Translations under genes and position numbers: made by a program
Virus record (IMG/VR): IMGVR_UViG_3300026198_000003
Length of the DNA stretch: 37,748 nt
Direction: 5' to 3' (one strand)
DNA from: a virus
The notes under the pieces: model-generated
Database searches by the model: none
Told to the model about the DNA's origin: nothing
What the model saw: only the letters and a program-made list of their open reading frames with translations
In this document: in pieces, positions 1 to 7,471 of the stretch
How the letters are laid out: every line of letters starts with the position of its first letter
How positions within the stretch are numbered: position 1 is the stretch's first letter

Positions 1-127
1 CAGATCGATCACTCCCTCGACGGCGTCACCCACCTGAACCACGGCGCGAAGGCGGCGGCGACGGGCATGTTCATGACGTGGCTGCCCCTCTCGCGCACGA
101 AGATGCTCGAGAAGCTCACCTATCGCC
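1..127. repeat. Direct terminal repeat, copy 1 (identical to 37622..37748); closure overlap of a circular or terminally redundant genome
   Basis: Bases 1-127 recur exactly at 37622-37748 by direct reading. The repeat lies inside one continuous ORF, so it is a closure overlap rather than an LTR. Confidence 0.95.
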
Positions 128-1200
128 GGTGCACGGGCCGCCGGAGCTACCACCACACGTTCAACCTGAATCTCGAGGGCGGCGCGCAGGAGGGCGGCGA
201 GTTCCGGGACGTGCTCTTCGAAGGGTGCACGGCGCTCTCGCCCGGCTCCGGCTTCGAGCCGCAGGACCGGAGCAAGGGCCCGGCCGGCTCGCGCGACTGG
301 TCCTGCGGGTTTGACATCCCCGACGCCGGCGACATCACACGGCTCACCGTCCGCGACTGCTTCGTGGATGACGCCTGGCAGGACGGGTTCCACCTGGACG
401 GCTCGTGGTCCGGCCACCGGCAGAACCAGAAGGACGTCCTCTTCGAGCGGTGCACCGCCACGCGCTGCGGCCGGCGGACGAGCCCGGTGTCGGTCGAGAA
501 GTTCCGGTCCGGGTTCTACGTCCAGACGGGCCGGCTCATCGACTGCCACACCGAAGCGTGCGCCAACGCCGGGTTCGGCATCGTCAACGAGAAGGCGAAC
601 ACGCTCAATGTCATCAACTGCTCCGACGAGGGGTCGGCGTATGGCATGATCCTCAACTACGGCGCGCCGGGCGCGAAGATCCAGTTCACGAGCACGGGCG
701 CAAAGGTGCGCGCGTTCGTCGGGCAGGCCGGCTCCGGCGGCAGTCTCGACCTGACACTCGTGGACCCACCATCCCCCGCCGTCACCTTCGGCCGGGCCCT
801 CCGCATCGACTACCTCGGCTGCGACAACCACGCGGCACAGCAGCGCGACAAGTACGATAAGATCGGGTATTCGATTCAGGGGCCGGCCATCACCATCCGG
901 GCGGCGCAGAAGCCCGTGGTGGAGGTCTGGAAGACGTCCACGCTGAACGGCGCGATCGTGTACGACATTGGCCCCGACATGACCATCCCCGACGAGAAGC
1001 CCCCGGCCGTCGACACACCCGAAGTCCCGCCCATCGTCCTGCCCCCGGAGCCCGAGGCGTATATCCTGTCCGAAGACGGCTGCATCAAGACTGTCCTGCC
1101 AGACGGCACGAAGGTGATGCTTGTCGGCGGCGGGTTCATGGACGACGACGTGGCGGGGCATTTCCCGCACGGCTCGCGGTGGAAGAGGGTGGTCGAGTGA
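1..1200 (+). CDS. Parallel beta-helix (pectin-lyase-fold-like) protein, 3' part; continues the ORF that starts at ATG 37346 across the junction (full gene 1476 nt)
   Basis: Codon 1 (cag) is in frame with ATG 37346 through the 127-bp overlap. Recurrent turn motifs (RDCFVDDAWQDGFHLDG, FERCTATRCG, IDCHTEACANAGFGI, INCSDEGSAYGMI) fit a beta-helix depolymerase or tailspike-like fold. A P-rich linker and a small C-terminal domain follow. Confidence 0.7.
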   Translation, partial: QIDHSLDGVTHLNHGAKAAATGMFMTWLPLSRTKMLEKLTYRRCTGRRSYHHTFNLNLEGGAQEGGEFRDVLFEGCTALSPGSGFEPQDRSKGPAGSRDWSCGFDIPDAGDITRLTVRDCFVDDAWQDGFHLDGSWSGHRQNQKDVLFERCTATRCGRRTSPVSVEKFRSGFYVQTGRLIDCHTEACANAGFGIVNEKANTLNVINCSDEGSAYGMILNYGAPGAKIQFTSTGAKVRAFVGQAGSGGSLDLTLVDPPSPAVTFGRALRIDYLGCDNHAAQQRDKYDKIGYSIQGPAITIRAAQKPVVEVWKTSTLNGAIVYDIGPDMTIPDEKPPAVDTPEVPPIVLPPEPEAYILSEDGCIKTVLPDGTKVMLVGGGFMDDDVAGHFPHGSRWKRVVE

Positions 1201-1508
1201 CCCTCGGGGCGGGATCCCCCCGCCCGCCGCAGCAGGTCGACGACCTGATCCGGCAGTGGGGCGCCTATCGCCTCTGCCACGTCCACGACGCCCCCACCAC
1301 CGTCTCGCGCCGGCTCGACATGCTCAATCGCGTCTGGCGCGAGTGCGGCGAACAGGGGCTCTTCCTCGCCGACCCCGCCATCGTCGCGAACCACTTCTAC
1401 GCCCGCCGCGCGCGATCGGGCCGCACCACGCGCACCGCCCGCGCGATCGCCGCGACGCTCGAGGACTTCCGCGCGTGGTGCACCGTCACCGCCAACCCGG
1501 GCGAGTAG
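1197..1508 (+). CDS. Hypothetical helical R-rich protein (weak resemblance to the SAM-like N-terminal domain of tyrosine recombinases)
   Basis: GTG 1197 overlaps the upstream stop (GTGA); GTG 1179 is an alternative start. Third-position GC is high. No recombinase catalytic domain follows. Confidence 0.5.
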   Translation: MTLGAGSPRPPQQVDDLIRQWGAYRLCHVHDAPTTVSRRLDMLNRVWRECGEQGLFLADPAIVANHFYARRARSGRTTRTARAIAATLEDFRAWCTVTANPGE

Positions 1509-1563
1509 ATAACCGGCTCTCTTTTACATCATGTTTAAGTATACCTCATTTCTAACTATTATA
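1509..1563 (+). promoter_or_regulatory. AT-rich intergenic region with a TATA-like box (TTTAAGTATA, 1534-1543) about 25 nt upstream of ATG 1564; leaderless-type promoter
   Basis: There is a sharp GC drop, no SD before ATG 1564, and TATA-to-ATG spacing typical of archaeal leaderless mRNAs. Confidence 0.5.
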
Positions 1564-1812
1564 ATGTCCGACATCGTGCCGATCCTCGGCGGCGTCATCG
1601 CCGTTCTGGGACTGGCCGGCGGGTACATCGCCTCTCGCCGGGGCCGCGCGCTCGTCGCGTGCGTGCAGTCGTTCGCTCTCCTCGCATCCTGCTACTATGC
1701 CATGAAACCGGGCGGCTACACGGCCACCGAGAAGGACAAGCTCGCCGACGCCGCCATCGCGTTCCTCGATTCCGTCGAAGCGGCCGGCATCGAGATCGCG
1801 AGGCCGAAGTGA
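1564..1812 (+). CDS. Small membrane protein with two hydrophobic helices (holin-like candidate)
   Basis: The ATG is in frame within ORF 1531..1812. Hydrophobic segments are IVPILGGVIAVLGLAGGYIA and ALVACVQSFALLASCYYAM, followed by a charged C-terminus. Confidence 0.55.
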   Translation: MSDIVPILGGVIAVLGLAGGYIASRRGRALVACVQSFALLASCYYAMKPGGYTATEKDKLADAAIAFLDSVEAAGIEIARPK

Positions 1813-1955
1813 TGCCCGCCGACCCGTCCGCCGCGTGGGACTCGTCCAACATCGCGCGCTCCGAGGCCGAGCGCGGCCGGTACGCTCCCGAGTTCGAGCA
1901 GTCCGCCAGGAGATTCCCCGCGCCGGTGCGGGTCATCGTCGGCCTGTCTGACTGA
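1812..1955 (+). CDS. Hypothetical small protein (47 aa)
   Basis: ATG 1812 overlaps the upstream TGA. It fills the gap to the next gene. No recognisable motif. Confidence 0.35.
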   Translation: MPADPSAAWDSSNIARSEAERGRYAPEFEQSARRFPAPVRVIVGLSD

Positions 1956-1957
1956 CC

Positions 1958-2749
1958 ATGACCGAAAACCGCCTCTCCTCATACCTGTCGACGCTCGAAG
2001 TCGTGAAGCGCGACCCCGTCATCCTCCACCGCACCGGCGCCACCGCCGCCGGCGACCTCCTCGCCGCCCCGACCATCACGGCCGCGAAAGACGAAACCGT
2101 CGGCGTCATGGATGCGGCCGAGCACAACGTGGCCGTCGCCGTCGGCACCTGCTACGGATACAGCACCCGCTCCGACATCGTCGCGATCACCCCGGACGAA
2201 AACACGTCCGTCCTCGTCACCATCCCGCAGGTGGTCGGCGCCGAGTCGTACGTCGTGTTCTTCAGCACGGACGCGGCCCCCAAGAGGCTCTGCGAGATCA
2301 CCGAGGCACAGCGGGCCGCCGGGTGCGTCGTGACGGACGTCGAGACCGTGACCACGACCGGAGGGACGGCCGGCAAAGTCCTGGTCAAGCTCGTCGGCAC
2401 GGGCGCGGACACGGACGCCGCCCTGTACGCCACCAATTACGCGATCTCCCCCGGCCTCGTCGCCGTCGCCGGCACCGGGACGTCCGGCGCCATCGACTGC
2501 ACGGGCCGGCAGACGGCCTACGTCCGGGCCATCGCGAACCCCGTGGCCCTGACGGCCATGCCGGCGCTGACCGTCGTGCCGTTCGTGAAGACGGGCGACC
2601 AGTGGGCCCCCGGCAGTCCGGGCATCGTCACGGCCGGTGTGAGGAGCGAGACGTTCACGGTTGACGTGAAGGGCGCGTCCGAGTTCGTCGTGGCCGTGAA
2701 GACGATCACCGCAGGGGCAACGGCGGACGTCGCCGTGCAGCTCGTATGA
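1958..2749 (+). CDS. Hypothetical T/V/A/G-rich beta-type (structural-looking) protein
   Basis: A 263-aa ORF with coding-type GC3, translationally coupled to its neighbours. No motif recognised. Confidence 0.6.
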   Translation: MTENRLSSYLSTLEVVKRDPVILHRTGATAAGDLLAAPTITAAKDETVGVMDAAEHNVAVAVGTCYGYSTRSDIVAITPDENTSVLVTIPQVVGAESYVVFFSTDAAPKRLCEITEAQRAAGCVVTDVETVTTTGGTAGKVLVKLVGTGADTDAALYATNYAISPGLVAVAGTGTSGAIDCTGRQTAYVRAIANPVALTAMPALTVVPFVKTGDQWAPGSPGIVTAGVRSETFTVDVKGASEFVVAVKTITAGATADVAVQLV

Positions 2750-3504
2750 TCCCGTTCGGGCTGGAGTCGCTCATGACACTCTCTCTCCCCCTCGCCCGGC
2801 GCGCGACCAAGTGCTTCGTCCCCGGCGCCGCGGCCATCTACCTGTTCAACGAGGGCACGGGCACGACCCTCCGCGACTTCTCCGGCAACGCCTACGACGG
2901 CACGCTCGGGGCCGGTGCCGCCGCGCCGACCTGGACCCCGCAGGGCGTTTCGTACGACGGTGGCGACTGGATCAACCTCTCCTCGCTCGTCCCGGCCCTG
3001 AAGGGGCTGACCGAGTTCACGCTCCAGATCGTGTGCTCGACGACAACGAGCGCTCCGCACAAGGGCATCTTCGGGGCGGCGAAGTTAGACACCAACGCGA
3101 ACGCGATCCGCATCCGCGACTCGACGAACGGCAGCGCTGACGCCGATGCCGTCAGGGTGCAGGTGACCGATGGAACGGCCATCACGTCGCTCCAGCTCCC
3201 CGGCAGACTCACCGCAACGCCCGACCTCATCACCGTTCGATTCAGGGGAGGCGAGGTTCTCGAAGCCCGGAAGGGGCTATACGGCACATGGGCGCGTGAG
3301 ACGACGGGGGTCGTCGCCGCGACGAACGCGCTCGAAACCTTCACGTCGTTCTACCTCGGCAGGGCCGGCGACTTTTATTTCCGGGTCGGAGCGGATTCGT
3401 TCTTCACGGTCTACCCGACATTCCTCGCCGACGCGCAGGTCGACCAGAACTGCCGCGCCATTAACGCCATCATGGCGCCCCGGGGGATTGATATAAATTT
3501 ATGA
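2746..3504 (+). CDS. Concanavalin A-like lectin / LamG-domain protein
   Basis: ATGA overlap with the upstream gene (alternative ATG at 2773). The pattern LFNEGTGTTLRDFSGNAYDGTL...W...GVSYDGGDWINL is typical of Laminin_G_3-type domains. Confidence 0.6.
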   Translation: MIPFGLESLMTLSLPLARRATKCFVPGAAAIYLFNEGTGTTLRDFSGNAYDGTLGAGAAAPTWTPQGVSYDGGDWINLSSLVPALKGLTEFTLQIVCSTTTSAPHKGIFGAAKLDTNANAIRIRDSTNGSADADAVRVQVTDGTAITSLQLPGRLTATPDLITVRFRGGEVLEARKGLYGTWARETTGVVAATNALETFTSFYLGRAGDFYFRVGADSFFTVYPTFLADAQVDQNCRAINAIMAPRGIDINL

Positions 3505-4250
3505 CGCCGCCTCCCCCAGAACCTCCCGTTCTGCCCGAGGCCGTGCTGTTCACGTTCGACAATGCGTGGGATAGCGTGTACACCCACGCCTACCCGACCC
3601 TCGAAGCACAGGGCTTCAAGGGCACCGTCTACGCGACGAGCGGCACCATCGACAGCCACGAACCCTACATCACGCTCGCGCAGTACCAGGAGATGTACGC
3701 CGACGGGTGGGACGTGGGGAACCATTGCAGCGTCCACGTCTACCTCGCCGATAAGACGGAGGCGGAGCAAGAGGCATACCTGGAGAACTGCGCCCTCTAT
3801 CTCGAAGCGAACGGGATGCCCCGCGCCGCCCGGCACGTCGCCTATCCGAACGGGTCGTGGGACGAGGACACCTTCACGGCGATGGCCGCGACCGGGATGC
3901 TCACCGGCCGGACGTTTGCCCGGTCGGGCATGACGGAGCAGCTGACCCCGATAGTGAACCCGTACGAGATCAAAGGGGTGTACAACCTCTACAACAACTC
4001 GAACGTCCGCACCGTCGAGGCGGCGCAACAGATCCTCACCACGGGATCGCCCGGCCGGATCGTGACGTTCCTGGTCCACACCCTCGAACCGGCGGGCGCC
4101 GAATCTGGCGATCCGGGGTACGAGGACGGCACCGGGTGGACGCCGGAAGCGTTCGCCGAACTCGTCGCCTACGTGAAGGGGCTCGGCGTCCCGGTCGTGA
4201 CCATCAGCCAACTGTACGCCTACATCCAGGCGGGGTACGTATGGCCGTGA
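3501..4250 (+). CDS. Polysaccharide deacetylase (NodB homology, CE4-like)
   Basis: NodB-like motifs appear in the expected order: LFTFDNAW, GNHCSVH (HxxxH), HVAYPNGSW. Confidence 0.65.
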   Translation: MTPPPPEPPVLPEAVLFTFDNAWDSVYTHAYPTLEAQGFKGTVYATSGTIDSHEPYITLAQYQEMYADGWDVGNHCSVHVYLADKTEAEQEAYLENCALYLEANGMPRAARHVAYPNGSWDEDTFTAMAATGMLTGRTFARSGMTEQLTPIVNPYEIKGVYNLYNNSNVRTVEAAQQILTTGSPGRIVTFLVHTLEPAGAESGDPGYEDGTGWTPEAFAELVAYVKGLGVPVVTISQLYAYIQAGYVWP

Positions 4251-4268
4251 TCGCGGAGATCTGACCAC

Positions 4269-4754
4269 ATGGCACACGCCCCGGTCGACCCGAACTCGAC
4301 ATATACCGCGACCTTTGCGTTCGAGAAGGCCATGCTCGGCGCCTACGCCGGGCGCTGGCAATCGCTGGTGAACGACAACCTCGACCTCATCGACGCGGCG
4401 ATCGCCGGGAAGGCCGCGGCGAACCACCTCCACGCCGGGACGTACGAGCCGGCGATCGCGACCCTCGCCGTCGCGAAGGGCGGCACGGGGACCGGGACGG
4501 CGCCGACCTCGGGCCAGGTGCTCGTCGGCACGTCCGGGGGGATCTACGCCCCCCCGGCCCGCGCCGACCTCGACGCGATCACGGAGGCCGAGAACCGCCG
4601 CGACGCCGAAGTCAAGACGGCCCTGAGCCGGCTCGCGCTCGCACTGCTCAGGATCGAGGACAAGCTCGACGATCTGGCCGCCGAGACGCGCGCCCGCGAA
4701 CTCCGCACCGACTACCCGCACGAGGCGACGGACACGGATGATCGGTTCGTCTGA
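4269..4754 (+). CDS. Tail-fibre-like protein
   Basis: HLHAGTYEP and LAVAKGGTGTGT motifs are common in phage fibre proteins. The C-terminus is coiled-coil-like. Confidence 0.5.
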   Translation: MAHAPVDPNSTYTATFAFEKAMLGAYAGRWQSLVNDNLDLIDAAIAGKAAANHLHAGTYEPAIATLAVAKGGTGTGTAPTSGQVLVGTSGGIYAPPARADLDAITEAENRRDAEVKTALSRLALALLRIEDKLDDLAAETRARELRTDYPHEATDTDDRFV

Positions 4755-5316
4755 CCCCGACCCCGCCGCCATGCGGGCCGCCTACGAGGCCGGCGCGAGC
4801 ATCGAGAAAGTCCGGCAGCAGTTCGGCGTCTCGTATCCGCGGGCCCGGAAGCTCCTGCTCGAGGCCGGCACGGTCCTCCGCCCACCGAAGGGCGGCACGA
4901 CGGGGGCGATGCAGACGAACAGCGCCGAGCGGTCGCGCCGCGTGCTCGAAGTGCTGAAGCTCATGCTCAGGGGCATCGACCGCCACGCGATCCACAAACA
5001 CGGCAACGACGACCTCGGGTGGGGCGTCGACCTCGGGACCATCAACGCGTACATGATCGACGCCCGCACCGAACTCAAGGCCCGGTACGCCGACACCGTC
5101 GACGAACTCGCCGCGATGGCGGACGCCCGGGACGACTACGCCCGGCAGCGGGCCCTGGCCGTGGACGACGTCAAGACGTTTCACAGCATCAACACCGAAG
5201 CCAACAAGCGCCACGGGCTGTATCCCGCGCAGAAGATGGAGCACGCCGGGCCGGGCGGGACCGAACTCGTGATCCGGTTCGTCGACGCGCCGACGGGGGA
5301 TAATGCAGACGATTGA
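4738..5316 (+). CDS. terS: Terminase small subunit (HTH N-terminus)
   Basis: Sits immediately upstream of and overlapping TerL. N-terminal HTH (ASIEKVRQQFGVSYPRARKLLLEAG) followed by a helical oligomerisation-type region. Confidence 0.6.
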   Translation: MIGSSDPDPAAMRAAYEAGASIEKVRQQFGVSYPRARKLLLEAGTVLRPPKGGTTGAMQTNSAERSRRVLEVLKLMLRGIDRHAIHKHGNDDLGWGVDLGTINAYMIDARTELKARYADTVDELAAMADARDDYARQRALAVDDVKTFHSINTEANKRHGLYPAQKMEHAGPGGTELVIRFVDAPTGDNADD

Positions 5317-7471
5317 AAAACAGGTCGCCCGCATCCCCAAGTTCGGGCGGTGGCTGGACAGCAGGACCGAGCGGATCCTCGTCGTGTACGGCGGGGCAGG
5401 CTCGGGCAAGTCCTTCGCCGTCGCGCAGCACGTCTGCCATCTGCTCCTGACCGTGCCGGACATCCGGATCGCCGTGATCCGCAAGACCCTGCCGGCGCTC
5501 CGCATCACCGCCTATCGGCTCATCCTCGACACCCTGCGCGCGTGGGGCGTGCCGTTCGCGCACAACAAGTCCGAACTGCTGATCACGGTCAACGGCTCGG
5601 AGATCCTCTTCAAATCACTGGATGACCCGGAGAAGATCAAGAGCGCCGAGTTCAACCTCGTCTGGGTCGAAGAGGCGACCGACATCGAGCGCGAGGACTT
5701 CCTGCAGTTGAACCTCCGGCTCCGGCGGGCGGGCGCGCGGCCCAACCAGATCATTCTCACCTTCAACCCGATCGACGCCTACCACTGGGTGATAACCGAC
5801 CTCGTCCAACAGGAGCGGCCGGACGTGGCCGTCCTGCACTCGACCTACAAGGACAACCCGTATCTCGACGCCGACTACACGCGGCAACTCGAGGACCTGG
5901 TCAACCAGGACGAGAACTATTACCGCATCTACGTGCTCGGCGAGCCCGGCGTATTGCGGAACATCATCTACTCGAATTGGACCGTGGCGCCGGCGCCCGC
6001 GGCCCGGCCGACGGATCGGTATTACGGGCTCGACTTCGGCCACACCAACCCGTCCGCGCTCGTCGAGGTCTGCCTCCACGGCGAACAGACGTTCGTCTCG
6101 GAGCGGCTCTATCAGACCCACCTCACCAACGCCGACATCATCGGCCGGCTGAAGGAGCTGGTCGTGCCCGGCTCCATCATCTATGCCGACGCGGCCGAGC
6201 CGGCCCGGATCGAGGAGATCAAGCGGGCCGGGTTCCGGTGCCTCGCGGCGGACAAGAGCGTGAAGGACGGTATCGACTACGTCAAGCGGATCCGGCTGCA
6301 CATCGACCCGGCGTCGGCCAACCTCATCAGCGAGATCCGGGCGTACAAGTACCGCGAGGACCGCGGCGGGCGCGTCCTCGAGGAGCCCGTGAAGTTCAAC
6401 GACCACCTCTGCCTGACCGCCGACACGCTCATCGAAACGACCGAGGGCCAACTATGGATCAACCAGATCAAACCGGGAATGGAGGTGCTCACCTCCGATG
6501 GCTACCACGAGGTGCTCGCGGCGGGCAGAACCGGATATACACGAGACCTCCGATGGCTCTTCACCGATGACGGTTTCTGCCTCAAAGGGACGCCCGATCA
6601 CCCCGTTCTGACAGGAAACGGAACCTTTATGCCAATAGACGCCCTACGATATGGTGACTACGTATGGCGGTTGAAAGGGAATCCGTTGTGTTCAACGGCG
6701 TGGAGTTCCGGCGCTATCCCAACAGCAAGCGCCGGCCGGATCGCGTCTATTACCGACCCTCTGCAAACCACATCCGGGCGGGAGTCGGACACCTCCACGT
6801 CGAGATCTGGAAGGCCGCCCACGGGCCGATCCCCGACGGGCACCACATCCATCACATCGACGGCGACCCGCTCAACAATTCCGTCGATAATCTCGCGTGC
6901 CTTCCGGGGCACGACCATCTCTCCTGGCATCAACAGAACTCCGACCCCGCCCTCGCCGAATGGCGGCGCGGACACCTTGCAAATATCCGCCCGCTCACCG
7001 TCGGCTGGCACCGATCTGACGAGGGGCGGGAATGGCACCGCGAGCACGCCCGGCAGGTCGTGGACAACCTCGCTCCGGCGGATTTTGTCTGCGAGCATTG
7101 CGGGGCAACCTATCAACGGCTCCCCGTCGGGCAGCACCGCTTCTGCTCGAACGCGTGCAGGTCTGCGGCCCGCCGCGCCTCCGGTGTGGATAACGTCGTG
7201 CGGCGGTGTGACTGTTGCGGCGCCGGATTTGAGGTTAACCGATATTCCAAGGCCCGCTATTGCTCCAAGTCGTGTGGAATGCGTGCGTCTTGGGCGGCTC
7301 GAAAGGCCCGTCCCGGTCTATAACCTGACCGTCGACGGCGCTCACAACTTCTTCGCCAATTCTATTCTCGTACACAACTGCGACGCGACACGCTACGCGC
7401 TCTACACCCACGCCAAGCGCGGGAGCGGTGCCGGCCGGTTCGGCGTCGTCTCAGGAGTTCGATCATGGTAG
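5303..7471 (+). CDS. terL: Terminase large subunit precursor (PBSX/Terminase_3-like) interrupted by an intein
   Basis: Walker A VYGGAGSGKS, Walker B LVWVEEA, nuclease motifs GLDFG and DAAEP, and DHL|CDATRYA split by a 323-codon insert. Confidence 0.9.
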   Translation: MQTIEKQVARIPKFGRWLDSRTERILVVYGGAGSGKSFAVAQHVCHLLLTVPDIRIAVIRKTLPALRITAYRLILDTLRAWGVPFAHNKSELLITVNGSEILFKSLDDPEKIKSAEFNLVWVEEATDIEREDFLQLNLRLRRAGARPNQIILTFNPIDAYHWVITDLVQQERPDVAVLHSTYKDNPYLDADYTRQLEDLVNQDENYYRIYVLGEPGVLRNIIYSNWTVAPAPAARPTDRYYGLDFGHTNPSALVEVCLHGEQTFVSERLYQTHLTNADIIGRLKELVVPGSIIYADAAEPARIEEIKRAGFRCLAADKSVKDGIDYVKRIRLHIDPASANLISEIRAYKYREDRGGRVLEEPVKFNDHLCLTADTLIETTEGQLWINQIKPGMEVLTSDGYHEVLAAGRTGYTRDLRWLFTDDGFCLKGTPDHPVLTGNGTFMPIDALRYGDYVWRLKGNPLCSTAWSSGAIPTASAGRIASITDPLQTTSGRESDTSTSRSGRPPTGRSPTGTTSITSTATRSTIPSIISRAFRGTTISPGINRTPTPPSPNGGADTLQISARSPSAGTDLTRGGNGTASTPGRSWTTSLRRILSASIAGQPINGSPSGSTASARTRAGLRPAAPPVWITSCGGVTVAAPDLRLTDIPRPAIAPSRVECVRLGRLERPVPVYNLTVDGAHNFFANSILVHNCDATRYALYTHAKRGSGAGRFGVVSGVRSW
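6410..7378 (+). mobile_element. Intein (Hint domain halves) inserted in the TerL nuclease motif
   Basis: Starts CLTADTLIE (block A), has GTPDHPVLT (block B), and ends VYNLTVDGAHNFFANSILVHN followed by +1 Cys 7379-7381. It is in frame with TerL at 969 nt. Confidence 0.85.
6664..7323 (+). CDS. HNH endonuclease ORF nested inside the intein in a different reading frame
   Basis: HHIHHIDGDPLNNSVDNLACLPGHDHLSWH HNH motif, plus CEHCG..FCSNAC and CDCCG..YCSKSC zinc ribbons. Coding-type GC3. The ATG lies inside the Hint-N codons for GDYVW and the TAA lies inside the block F codons. Confidence 0.8.
   Translation: MAVERESVVFNGVEFRRYPNSKRRPDRVYYRPSANHIRAGVGHLHVEIWKAAHGPIPDGHHIHHIDGDPLNNSVDNLACLPGHDHLSWHQQNSDPALAEWRRGHLANIRPLTVGWHRSDEGREWHREHARQVVDNLAPADFVCEHCGATYQRLPVGQHRFCSNACRSAARRASGVDNVVRRCDCCGAGFEVNRYSKARYCSKSCGMRASWAARKARPGL

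Noticed and set aside
6669-7320. TerL-frame translation of the intein interior as a real endonuclease or linker domain
   Set aside because: The sequence is S/T/P/G/R-rich with no motifs and has off-frame-like composition. The alternative frame has a textbook HNH motif and coding-type third positions.
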